This document shows positions 1 through 7,852 of a stretch of DNA of 64,000 nucleotides, one piece after another. Source of the stretch: an uncultured delta proteobacterium (GTDB taxonomy: Bacteria > Myxococcota_A > Polyangia > Polyangiales > JAFGIB01); assembly GCA_963778655.1 (NCBI GenBank), contig CAVZVA010000010.1, forward strand, positions 1-64,000, written 5' to 3'. How positions within the stretch are numbered: position 1 is the first letter of the stretch; each line of letters begins with the position of its first letter. A program made the translations under genes and the position numbers. Under the pieces are notes generated by a model, which did no database searches, had not been told where the DNA came from, and saw nothing but the letters and a program-made list of their open reading frames with translations.

Positions 1-416
1 GGCATGGCCTGCGGCAACACCACGCGAAACAGCGTGGTGCGCGGGCTCAGCCCCAGCACGGCGCTCGCTTCCCACTGCCCGCGCGGGACGGCCGCGATCG
101 CCCCGCGCACGATCTCAGCGCCGTAGGCGCCCGCGTTCAGCCCCAGCGCCAGGATGCCCGTCAGCTCGGCGGAGAGCTCGATCCCGAGCAGGGGCAGCGC
201 GAAGTAAGCCCAGAACAGCTGGACCAGCGCCGATGTGCCGCGGAACAGCTCGACGTAGCTGGCGGCCAGCACGCGAAGCGCGCGTCGCTTCGAGCGGCGG
301 CCGAGCGCGGCGCATAGCGACGCGAACAACGCCAGCAGCGCGGCGCCAGCGGTCAGCTCGAGCGTGACCTGCAGTCCCTGCAGCAGCGGCGGAACCAGCT
401 CGCTCAGGCCGCGCAT
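1..416 (-). CDS. ehuC: Ectoine/hydroxyectoine ABC transporter permease EhuC (runs off the left edge, 3' partial)
   Basis: Manual translation from ATG at 416: MRGLSELVPPLLQGLQVTLELT...YVELFRGTSALVQLFWAYFALP...GAYGAEIVRGAIAAVPRGQWEA, a polar amino-acid permease signature; lies directly downstream of ehuB. Confidence 0.85.
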   Translation of the reverse strand, partial: MRGLSELVPPLLQGLQVTLELTAGAALLALFASLCAALGRRSKRRALRVLAASYVELFRGTSALVQLFWAYFALPLLGIELSAELTGILALGLNAGAYGAEIVRGAIAAVPRGQWEASAVLGLSPRTTLFRVVLPQAM

Positions 417-423
417 GACTAGC

Positions 424-1290
424 TCACTGCGGCGCGCCGCCGCACAGCGCGGCGCGCGTCACGCCGCCCACGCGGGTCCGCGGGCCGAAGCCGAACGGCG
501 CCACCAGCGCCGCGTGACGGGGACTCTTCAGCAGCTTGGCCAGCTGCTTGTCGAACGCGTCGCGCAACGCGCGGTCCTGCTTGCGGAACGCGAACGCACC
601 GCAACCGTGGACCGGCTGCCCGTCGATCACCGGGTCCGCGAAGTCGGCCGCGGCTTGCAGCGCGGCGCCGCCGGTCTTGCGCAGCAGGTCGGCCACGGTG
701 AGCGCGGTGGCGGCGAGCGCGTCGACGCGGCCTGCGGCGAGCCCCGAGACCGCGCTGGGGGCGTCCGGGAACACCTGCAGGCGCGCGCTCGGGATGCCGA
801 GCGTCTGGGCATAGCCGAGCTCCACCGTGCCGGCGACTACGCCGATGCGAGCCGAGCCGCGCGCTGCGTCCGCGTAGCTGTGCAGCCCGAGCGGGTTGTC
901 ACGGCGGACCATCATCGCCTCGTGCACGCAGTAGCTCGGCTCGGAGAACAGCACCTGGGTGCAGCGCGGCTTGGTGATGTACATACCGGCGGCGATCAGG
1001 TCGAAGCGCCCGGCCTTGAGCCCGGGGATCAACGCGCCGAACTCGGTCAGCACGCCCTGCACTTTGGGCACGCCGAGCGCGGCCATCACCGCGCGCGCGA
1101 CCGCCGGCGCCTCGCCCTGCAGCCGGCCGCTCTGCGGATCGCGGTAGCCGAACGGGGCTTCGTTGGCGAAGCCGACGCGGATGGCGCCGCTGCGGCGGGC
1201 GCGCGCCAGCGGGTCGCCCTCATCCGCTGAGCGCTTCGCGCACGCGCTGCAGAGCAGCGCGGCCAGCAACAGGCAAAGTGCGACCTTCAT
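424..1290 (-). CDS. ehuB: Ectoine/hydroxyectoine ABC transporter substrate-binding lipoprotein EhuB
   Basis: MKVALCLLLAALLCSAC lipoprotein-type signal; GFANEAPFGY, EFGALIPGLKAGRFDLIAAGMYI and GCGAFAFRK motifs; ATG overlaps the ectD stop. Confidence 0.9.
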   Translation of the reverse strand: MKVALCLLLAALLCSACAKRSADEGDPLARARRSGAIRVGFANEAPFGYRDPQSGRLQGEAPAVARAVMAALGVPKVQGVLTEFGALIPGLKAGRFDLIAAGMYITKPRCTQVLFSEPSYCVHEAMMVRRDNPLGLHSYADAARGSARIGVVAGTVELGYAQTLGIPSARLQVFPDAPSAVSGLAAGRVDALAATALTVADLLRKTGGAALQAAADFADPVIDGQPVHGCGAFAFRKQDRALRDAFDKQLAKLLKSPRHAALVAPFGFGPRTRVGGVTRAALCGGAPQ

Positions 1291-2183
1291 GAGCCGGGGC
1301 TGGCGGGCCGCGCGGCCGGGCGGCTGGCGATGTAGCGCGGCCGCGGCGACACCTCGGCGAAGGGCTCGCGCAGCGCGTTGTCCACGCTGTTGAAGACCAC
1401 GAACAGATTCTCGCGCGGCCACGGCGTCAGGTTTCCGCTCGAGCCGTGCATCATGTTGCACTCGAACAGCACGGCCGAGCCCACCGGACCGGTCGGGGCG
1501 ACGATCCCGCCCTCCTCGGTCAGCCGCGCGAGCAGCTCGCGCGGCGGCACCCCGTACTGCTGTTTGCGCAGCGACTCGCGGTGGTGCTCGGGCGGCGTAC
1601 GCCCCGGACAGCACACGTAGCGCTGGTGCGAGCCTGGAATCAGCATCAGCGGACCGTTGAGCGGCGTGTTCTCGGTCAGGTTGATCGACACGCTTAGCGC
1701 GCGCATTCGCGGCATGCCGTCCTCCACGTGCCAGGTCTCGAAGTCGGAATGCCAGTAGAACTCGCGGCCGTCGAAGCCGGGCTTGAAGTTGACGCGGCTC
1801 TGATGGATATAGCTCTCGCCACCGAGCAGCTCGTGCACCATGTCCAGCAGCGCCGGATCGCTCACCAGCCGCGCGACCTGGGCGCTGAGCTCGTGGACCG
1901 CGAAGATCGAGCGGACCACATCGCTGTCGGGCTCGAGCACGATCTCCTCGCGCCCGTGCAGCGCAGGGTCGCGGCGCATGGCGTCGAGCTCTTCGCGCAG
2001 CGCGACGGCCCGAGCCGTGTCGAGCAGCTCGGGCAGGAACAGGTAGCCCTCGCGCTGGTAGCGATCGCGTTGTGCTGGCTGCAGCGCGCCGCTCGGCGGT
2101 CCGTGCACAACGGGGTCGAGGCGCTCGCGCAACGCCGCGGGCGCGCCTGTGCGCGAGGGGTAGAGATCAGGCTCGCCGTTCAT
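1287..2183 (-). CDS. ectD: Ectoine hydroxylase (Fe(II)/2-oxoglutarate dioxygenase)
   Basis: EctD signature FYWHSDFETWHVEDGMP; DLYPSR at the N-terminus; MHGS..N.TPWPR.N. Confidence 0.95.
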   Translation of the reverse strand: MNGEPDLYPSRTGAPAALRERLDPVVHGPPSGALQPAQRDRYQREGYLFLPELLDTARAVALREELDAMRRDPALHGREEIVLEPDSDVVRSIFAVHELSAQVARLVSDPALLDMVHELLGGESYIHQSRVNFKPGFDGREFYWHSDFETWHVEDGMPRMRALSVSINLTENTPLNGPLMLIPGSHQRYVCCPGRTPPEHHRESLRKQQYGVPPRELLARLTEEGGIVAPTGPVGSAVLFECNMMHGSSGNLTPWPRENLFVVFNSVDNALREPFAEVSPRPRYIASRPAARPASPGS

Positions 2184-2187
2184 CGTG

Positions 2188-2571
2188 CTACTCCGCCACT
2201 TCGTAGGAGCCGTCAGGACCATGCACCTCGCCGCCGACCACCGGCGGGCGAAACACGCACACCAGCCGCAGCGTGGTCTCCGCGCGCAGCACGTGCTTGT
2301 CGTGGCGGTCGAGCGCGTAAAGCGTGCCGGGCTCGATCGTCCACAATCGCCCGTCCTCGAGGCCTTCGAGGGTGCCGCGTCCCTCGATGCAGTACACCGC
2401 CTCCAGATGGTTGCGGTACCACATGCGGGTGATGGTGCCGGCGTGGATCACGGTATCGTGCAGGGAGAAACCCATCCCATCGGCTTTCAGCAACAGCCGG
2501 CGCGAGCGCCAGTTGTCGGCCTTCACGTCGGCCGGCGAGTTCTCGATCTGCTTGAGCGTGCGGACCAGCAC
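2188..2571 (-). CDS. ectC: L-ectoine synthase
   Basis: WRSRRLLLKADGMGFSLHDT, WYRNHLEAVYCIEG, PGTLYALDRHDKH, CVFRPP.G.EVH. Confidence 0.95.
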   Translation of the reverse strand: MLVRTLKQIENSPADVKADNWRSRRLLLKADGMGFSLHDTVIHAGTITRMWYRNHLEAVYCIEGRGTLEGLEDGRLWTIEPGTLYALDRHDKHVLRAETTLRLVCVFRPPVVGGEVHGPDGSYEVAE

Positions 2572-2575
2572 GGGG

Positions 2576-3895
2576 TCAGCCTCCTTCGACGTTGGCGTCC
2601 TGCTCGGGCGCGGCGCCGCCGCGGGCGCGGCCGGCGTGCGGGCGGTTAGCGGTGTGCGCGAGCGCGAGCGCGAGGCAGCGGTCGATGATGTCGAGCCCGC
2701 GGTCGAGCTCGGCGGTCTCGATCGTGAGCGGCGGCAGCAGCTTGAGCACCTGGTCCTCGGGGCCCGCGGTCTCGATGATCAGCCCGCTCTCGAAGGCGGC
2801 GCGCGCGGCGCGCGTGGCCACCCCGTCGGGGCAAGCGATGCCGCGGATCAGCCCCAGGCCCTTGGGCTCGAGGAGTCCCGCGTAGCGGCACGCGAGCGCG
2901 GTCAGGCGCTGCTCCACGCGCGCACCCAGCGCTTCGACCCGGCTGCTGATCTCGCCGCTGCGCCACAGCTCGAGCGCCGCGGTCGCAGTGACGAAGGCGG
3001 GATTGTGCCCGCGGAACGTGCCGTTGTGCTCGCCCGGATCCCACTGGTCGAGCTCGGGCTTGATCAGCACCACCGCAAGCGGCAAGCCGTAACCGCTCAG
3101 TGACTTCGACAGGCACACCATGTCCGGCTCGATCCCGGCGCGCTCGAAGGAGAAGAACGGCCCGGTGCGGCCGCAGCCGACCTGGATGTCATCGACGATC
3201 AGGACGATGCCATGGCGTTGCGTCAGCTCGCGCAGCCCGCGCAACCACGCGCTCCCGGCTACGTTGACGCCGCCCTCGGCCTGCACCGTCTCCAGAATCA
3301 CCGCGGCCGGCAGGTCGACGCCGCTGCCCCCGTCGGCCAGCGTGCGCTCGAAGTATTCGAGCGTGTCGGCGTCGGGCCCGAGATAGCCGTCGAAGGGCAT
3401 CACCGCCGAGTAGTTCAGCGGCACGCCAGCGCCCGCGCGCTTCTGGCCGTTGCCGGTGACGGCCAGCGAGCCGAGCGTCATACCGTGGAAGCTGTTGGTG
3501 AACGAGACCACGGTCTGCCGGCCCGTGACCTTGCGTGCCAGCTTCAGCGCCGCCTCGACCGCATTGGTCCCGGTCGGCCCCGGAAACTGGAGCTTGTAGC
3601 GCAGTCCGCGCGGTGCGAGCACCAGCTGCTCGAAGCGCTCGAGCAACGCGCGCTTGGCGCTGGTCGCCATGTCGAGCGAGTGCACGACGCCGCCGCGCTC
3701 GAGGTATGCGACCAGCGCACGCTTGAGCGCGGGGTGGTTGTGGCCGTAGTTGAGCGCACCGGCTCCGGCGAAGAAGTCGAGGTAGCGGCGGCCCTGCTCG
3801 TCGATCAGCCATGCGCCCTGCCCGCGCTCGAACACGGTGGGGAAGGCCCGGCAGTATCCGCGCACATTCGATTCGAGTCGTTCGAAAACCTTCAT
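2576..3895 (-). CDS. ectB: Diaminobutyrate-2-oxoglutarate transaminase
   Basis: MKVFERLESNVRGYCRAFP, DFFAGAGALNYGHN, GPTGTNAVEAALK, DDIQVGCGRTG, SKS, EHNGTFRG. Confidence 0.95.
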   Translation of the reverse strand: MKVFERLESNVRGYCRAFPTVFERGQGAWLIDEQGRRYLDFFAGAGALNYGHNHPALKRALVAYLERGGVVHSLDMATSAKRALLERFEQLVLAPRGLRYKLQFPGPTGTNAVEAALKLARKVTGRQTVVSFTNSFHGMTLGSLAVTGNGQKRAGAGVPLNYSAVMPFDGYLGPDADTLEYFERTLADGGSGVDLPAAVILETVQAEGGVNVAGSAWLRGLRELTQRHGIVLIVDDIQVGCGRTGPFFSFERAGIEPDMVCLSKSLSGYGLPLAVVLIKPELDQWDPGEHNGTFRGHNPAFVTATAALELWRSGEISSRVEALGARVEQRLTALACRYAGLLEPKGLGLIRGIACPDGVATRAARAAFESGLIIETAGPEDQVLKLLPPLTIETAELDRGLDIIDRCLALALAHTANRPHAGRARGGAAPEQDANVEGG

Positions 3896-3945
3896 GAAGC
3901 TCCTTGGACCGCATGGCGGACCTGCAGTCGGGTGGGCCCGCGCGG

Positions 3946-4509
3946 TTAGGAGCGCGCCTGGCTCGGCGCGGGCCGCCGCGCGGCGACGAAACAAAATGGA
4001 CCGATGCGAAACAGGCGTTCGGGTGCGTGCGGCGTGGGGAAATCGCTTGCCGCGTAGCCCTGGCGCAGCTCGAGCCTGGCCGCGGCCGCGCGGGCGAAGG
4101 CGCGAAACAGCGCCTCCGACGCGGCGTTATCGGGACCGACGTGCGCTTCGAGGTAGCTAATGCCGGCGCAGCCCCGCGCGCGCGCCAGCGCCGACAACAT
4201 CGCCAGCCCCAGCCCGCTGCGGCGCGCGCGCGGCGCCACCGCGACCTGCCACACGAACAGCGTGTCGGGTTGGGTTGGGAGACGCAGGCCGAGCACTGCG
4301 CCGGCCAGACCTTGGCCGTCGCGCGCGACCAGGCTGGTGGCCGCGAAACGCTCGCACAACAGCAGGTAGGCGTAGGGCGAGTTCAGGTCCAGGCCACCCG
4401 CGTCGCGAATCAGCGCCCAGACCGCGGCACCGTCTCGCAAAGTCGGCGCCTCGAGCACCAGCTCGGTGCGGGCCGTCGCTGCGCCTGCCTGGGTCGAGAG
4501 CGTTTGCAT
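3946..4509 (-). CDS. ectA: Diaminobutyrate acetyltransferase
   Basis: LDLNSPYAYLL, TLFVWQVAV, N.AS.ALF and H.PE.L.RIGPF motifs; first gene of the ect operon. Confidence 0.92.
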   Translation of the reverse strand: MQTLSTQAGAATARTELVLEAPTLRDGAAVWALIRDAGGLDLNSPYAYLLLCERFAATSLVARDGQGLAGAVLGLRLPTQPDTLFVWQVAVAPRARRSGLGLAMLSALARARGCAGISYLEAHVGPDNAASEALFRAFARAAAARLELRQGYAASDFPTPHAPERLFRIGPFCFVAARRPAPSQARS

Positions 4510-4518
4510 CGTAGCGAA

Positions 4519-4538
4519 ATTATTAGTACACAAATAAT
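4519..4538. promoter_or_regulatory. Putative EctR operator (pseudo-palindrome ATTATTAGT-AC-ACAAATAAT)
   Basis: 9-bp arms with one mismatch and a 2-bp spacer, AT-rich in a GC-rich background, between divergent ectA and ectR; resembles the described EctR site TATTTAGT-GT-ACTATATA. Confidence 0.75.
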
Positions 4539-4641
4539 GTGTATTCAAGACATCTTGCCGAAAAGCACCGCTTCGCGCCAAATGCGGGCATTCAACCGAA
4601 CCGTGAGCTATTCTGGTAACTTAGGGTTCGGAACGGCGGTC

Positions 4642-5148
4642 GTGGTCGACGATCGTAAAGAGGCCGACCGACTCGGCAATGAGGTCCTGAGGGCGCTGCG
4701 CCGCATCCTGCGCCGCGTGACGCTGCACTCGCGCCAGCTGTCCAAGGACGCGGGCCTGACGCTGCCGCAGGTGCTGTGCCTGCGCGCGCTCGGTGAGCTG
4801 CCGGGAGCGCGCGCAAGCCTGGTCGACGTCAGCCGCGCGGTGCAGCTCACCGCGCCCACCGTCACCGGCATCATCGACCGCCTGGAGCAAGGCGGTCTGG
4901 TGCAGCGGGAGCGCAGCACCACCGATCGACGCAAGATCTACGTCTCGCTCACCGAGCGCGGCCGCGCACGGCTGTCCGGGCTGCCGGTGCCGCTGCAGGC
5001 GCGTTTCCTGGCTCGGCTGGGCGAGCTCAGCCCGGCCGAGCAGGCCGACTTGCTGCGCGGCCTCAACCGCATCGTGGAGCTGATGGAAGCCGAGTCGATC
5101 GACGCCTCGCCGATCCTGCTCTCGGACGCGGAGGTCAAGCCTCACTGA
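4642..5148 (+). CDS. ectR: MarR-family repressor of ectoine genes (EctR/CosR-like); start uncertain (GTG 4642 or ATG 4582)
   Basis: ALRRILRRVTLHSRQLSKDAGLTLPQ, TVTGIIDRLE.GLV.R.RS.DRR, LP.PLQ.RF and ELMEAESIDASPIL; divergent from ectA. Confidence 0.85.
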   Translation: MVDDRKEADRLGNEVLRALRRILRRVTLHSRQLSKDAGLTLPQVLCLRALGELPGARASLVDVSRAVQLTAPTVTGIIDRLEQGGLVQRERSTTDRRKIYVSLTERGRARLSGLPVPLQARFLARLGELSPAEQADLLRGLNRIVELMEAESIDASPILLSDAEVKPH

Positions 5149-5152
5149 CTAT

Positions 5153-5530
5153 ATCGGGAGGGGCACGCGCCCCTCCCGCCCCACCGGCAAAGCCGTTGGG
5201 GCCCCTCCCCGGTCTATCATCGGGAGGGGCACGCGCCCCGCCCGCCCCACCGGCAAAGCCGTTGGGGCCCCTCCCCGGTCTATCATCGGGAGGGGCACGC
5301 GCCCCTCCCGCCCCACCGGCAAAGCCGTTGGGGCCCCTCCCTCCCGCGGGGTTCGCTCCACTGCGTTGCGCTCACTCGCACGCACCACGCTGCTCGCTCC
5401 GGGCACGCGCCCCGCCCGCCCCACCGGCAAAGCCGTTGGGGCCCCTCCCTCCCGCGGGGTTCGCTCCACTGCGTTGCGCTCACTCGCACGCACCACGCTG
5501 CTCGCTCCGGGCACGCGCCCCGCCCGCCCC
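5153..5530. repeat. REP/BIME-like mosaic tandem repeat between convergent genes
   Basis: Core GGGCACGCGCCCC(T/G)CCCGCCCCACCGGCAAAGCCGTTGGGGCCCCTCCC starts at 5161, 5227, 5293, 5401 and 5509 (last one partial); periods 66, 66, 108, 108; internal hairpin GCCCCA-CCGGC-AAA-GCCG-TTGGGGC. Confidence 0.9.
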
Positions 5531-5540
5531 AGGTCGAGCC

Positions 5541-6749
5541 TCAGCTGGGTAGCGTGAAGTAGAAGGCTGCGCCTCCGCCCGGGGCGCCCTCGGCCCAGAT
5601 TCGACCGCCGTGACGCTCGACCACCCGCCGCGCGGTGACCAGGCCGATGCCCGTGCCGGAGAAGTCGTCCTCGGAGTGGAGGCGCTCGAAGGGAAGGAAC
5701 AGCTTGTGCGCGTGCTCCATATCGAATCCGGCGCCGTTGTCCCGGACCACGAAGACACGCTCGCCGCGCAGCTCGATCGCCATAAATTCGAGCTTCGCAT
5801 TGGCGCGCTTGCGCGTGAACTTCCAGGCATTGCCGAGCAGGTTCTCGAGCAGCACCCGCACCAGCCCGGTGTCCGCATGGCAGCGCAGGCCCCGCTGCAC
5901 GGAGATCTCGAGCTCGCGCCCGGGCTCCGCTACCTGGAGGTCCGAAAGCGTGAGCCGGGCCAGCGCCGAAACGTTCACGTCTTCCAAGTTGAGGTCCGCC
6001 TTGACCACGCGCGAGAGGCGCAGCAGGTCGTCGATGATCTGCCGCATCCGCTGCGCGGCGGCGGCCACGCGCTCGAGATCCTGCTTGGCCTGCACGCCGA
6101 GCCGATCGCCTGCGTCGGCGATCACGGAGCGCGAAAAGCCGTCGATCGCGCGCAGCGGAGCGCCCAGATCGTGCGCGACCGAGTAGCTGAAGGCTTCCAG
6201 CTCGCGATTGGCTTGGCGCAGGCTCTCCTGGCTCGCGTGCAGCTCGCGGTGCTTGCGCACCACGTCCTCGAAGGTGGAGACGAGCAGATCGAGGATCTGC
6301 TCGCGCTGGGAGTCGATGCTGAACCTCCGCCCGAGGAAGAGGATCTCCACGGCATCGCTCGGCCGGCTATGTGCGCGCAGCTCGCGGTGCTCGAGCATGC
6401 TCTTCACGCGCGCCAGCAGCAGCTCGGGCTCGCACGGCTTGGACACGAAGTTGTCGGCGCCGCACTCCAGCGCCTGTACCACGTCCAGCGGGTCGCTGAG
6501 CGAGGTCAGCAGCAACACCGGAATCGCCTTCAGCGCCGGATCGCTCTTGATCGCGCGACACAGCGAATAGCCGTCGAGGCCCGGCATCAGGACATCCGAG
6601 ACCACCATGTCGTATGGCTCGGCGCGCAAGCGCTCGAGGCCGGCCTGGCCGTCCTTGGCGGTCTGCACCTGGTAGCCCGCGCTGTGCAGCACGAAGCGTG
6701 ATTCCTCGGCTTGCGTCGGGCTGTCCTCGACCACGAGGATGCGAGTCAC
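5541..6749 (-). CDS. REC-histidine kinase (output of the chemosensory operon)
   Basis: N-terminal receiver (ILVVEDS, VSDVLMPGLDG, KP); SVAHDLGAPLRAI H-box, NLLGNAWKFT, DNGAGF, GTGIGL. Confidence 0.9.
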   Translation of the reverse strand: MTRILVVEDSPTQAEESRFVLHSAGYQVQTAKDGQAGLERLRAEPYDMVVSDVLMPGLDGYSLCRAIKSDPALKAIPVLLLTSLSDPLDVVQALECGADNFVSKPCEPELLLARVKSMLEHRELRAHSRPSDAVEILFLGRRFSIDSQREQILDLLVSTFEDVVRKHRELHASQESLRQANRELEAFSYSVAHDLGAPLRAIDGFSRSVIADAGDRLGVQAKQDLERVAAAAQRMRQIIDDLLRLSRVVKADLNLEDVNVSALARLTLSDLQVAEPGRELEISVQRGLRCHADTGLVRVLLENLLGNAWKFTRKRANAKLEFMAIELRGERVFVVRDNGAGFDMEHAHKLFLPFERLHSEDDFSGTGIGLVTARRVVERHGGRIWAEGAPGGGAAFYFTLPS

Positions 6750-6792
6750 GAATGCCTCCGCTGCGTCGCAGAGCAGCGCTGCCGTCGTGCGA

Positions 6793-7851
6793 TCATGGTG
6801 TCTTGCTCCCCTTGTTGATCCAGGACGGAAGGCGCTCCGCGATGACTTGGAGCGGAAGCGTGAGATCGGCAAGGCCTGCGGCCACGGCCGCACCCGGCAT
6901 GCCGAACACCACCGAGCTCGCCTCGTCCTGAGCCACGATCTTGCCGCCCGCCTGACGTACCGAGGTTAGCCCTGCCACGCCGTCCTCACCCATTCCAGTC
7001 AAGATCAAGGCCAGGGTAGATGCGCCAAACGCCTGCGCCACGGATTGAAAGAGCAGCGTCGCCGAAGGCCGAAAGCCCCCGACAGGGGCCGCGTCCGTGA
7101 TCCGGATCAATGCACGGTCTGCGGAAACGCCCATATGTCTGCCGTCCGGCGCCAAGTATACCGTGCGGGGCGCGAGCGCCTCGCCCTGCTCACCGACCTT
7201 CACGCGAAGCGCGCTCGAGGCGTTCAGCCAGCTGGCCAGGCCCTGCGTGAACCCGCGGGCGATGTGCTGGACCACCAACACCGGCACCGCCAAGTCGCCG
7301 GGAATGTCCGACAGAATGCGCGCCAGCGCGGCAGGCCCGCCGGTTGAGGCCCCGATCGCCACCACCTGCACGCGCCCGCCCTGGCGCAGCGCCTGCGGGC
7401 GCGCCGGCGCCGGCGGCTCGGTATGCGCCCAGCGGCGTACCACCTTCACCTGCGACATGGCCTTGATGGTGTCGGCGAAGCGCCGCGCGTGCTCATCGAA
7501 GCGCGGCGACTCGGGGCCCGGCGGCTTGGCCAGCACGGTCAGCGCGCCCAGCCGCAGCGCGTCCATCGAGACCTGCACCTCGCGGGCGTCCACACTCGCA
7601 GAGACCACGACGATCGGGGTCGGGATCTGCGCCATGATCTGGCGGGTGGCCTCGAAGCCGTCCATGCGCGGCATGCGGATGTCCATGGTGACGACGTCGG
7701 GCCGCAACCGCCGCGTCATCTCGACCGCCTCGATGCCGTCTTTGGCCTCGCCGACCACCTGCAGCTCGGGGTCGGCACCCAGGATCGCGACCAGCAGCTC
7801 GCGGGTGGTCTGGGAATCCTCGGCGATCAGCGCTCGAATCATCGCGCGCAC
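6793..7851 (-). CDS. cheB: Chemotaxis-type methylesterase CheB (REC + methylesterase)
   Basis: GASTGGP, VQHI, RPSA.LF.S, LTGMGEDG, QDEASSVVFGMP. Confidence 0.95.
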   Translation of the reverse strand: MRAMIRALIAEDSQTTRELLVAILGADPELQVVGEAKDGIEAVEMTRRLRPDVVTMDIRMPRMDGFEATRQIMAQIPTPIVVVSASVDAREVQVSMDALRLGALTVLAKPPGPESPRFDEHARRFADTIKAMSQVKVVRRWAHTEPPAPARPQALRQGGRVQVVAIGASTGGPAALARILSDIPGDLAVPVLVVQHIARGFTQGLASWLNASSALRVKVGEQGEALAPRTVYLAPDGRHMGVSADRALIRITDAAPVGGFRPSATLLFQSVAQAFGASTLALILTGMGEDGVAGLTSVRQAGGKIVAQDEASSVVFGMPGAAVAAGLADLTLPLQVIAERLPSWINKGSKTP

Positions 7852-7852
7852 C

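Noticed and set aside
5153..5530. CRISPR array
   Set aside because: The intervening sequences are themselves repeated (two types, each twice) and differ greatly in length; no cas genes or leader are present
5149..5557. ORFs of 121, 118 and 68 aa over the repeat
   Set aside because: They are translations of a repeat whose periods are multiples of 3, with no protein-like features
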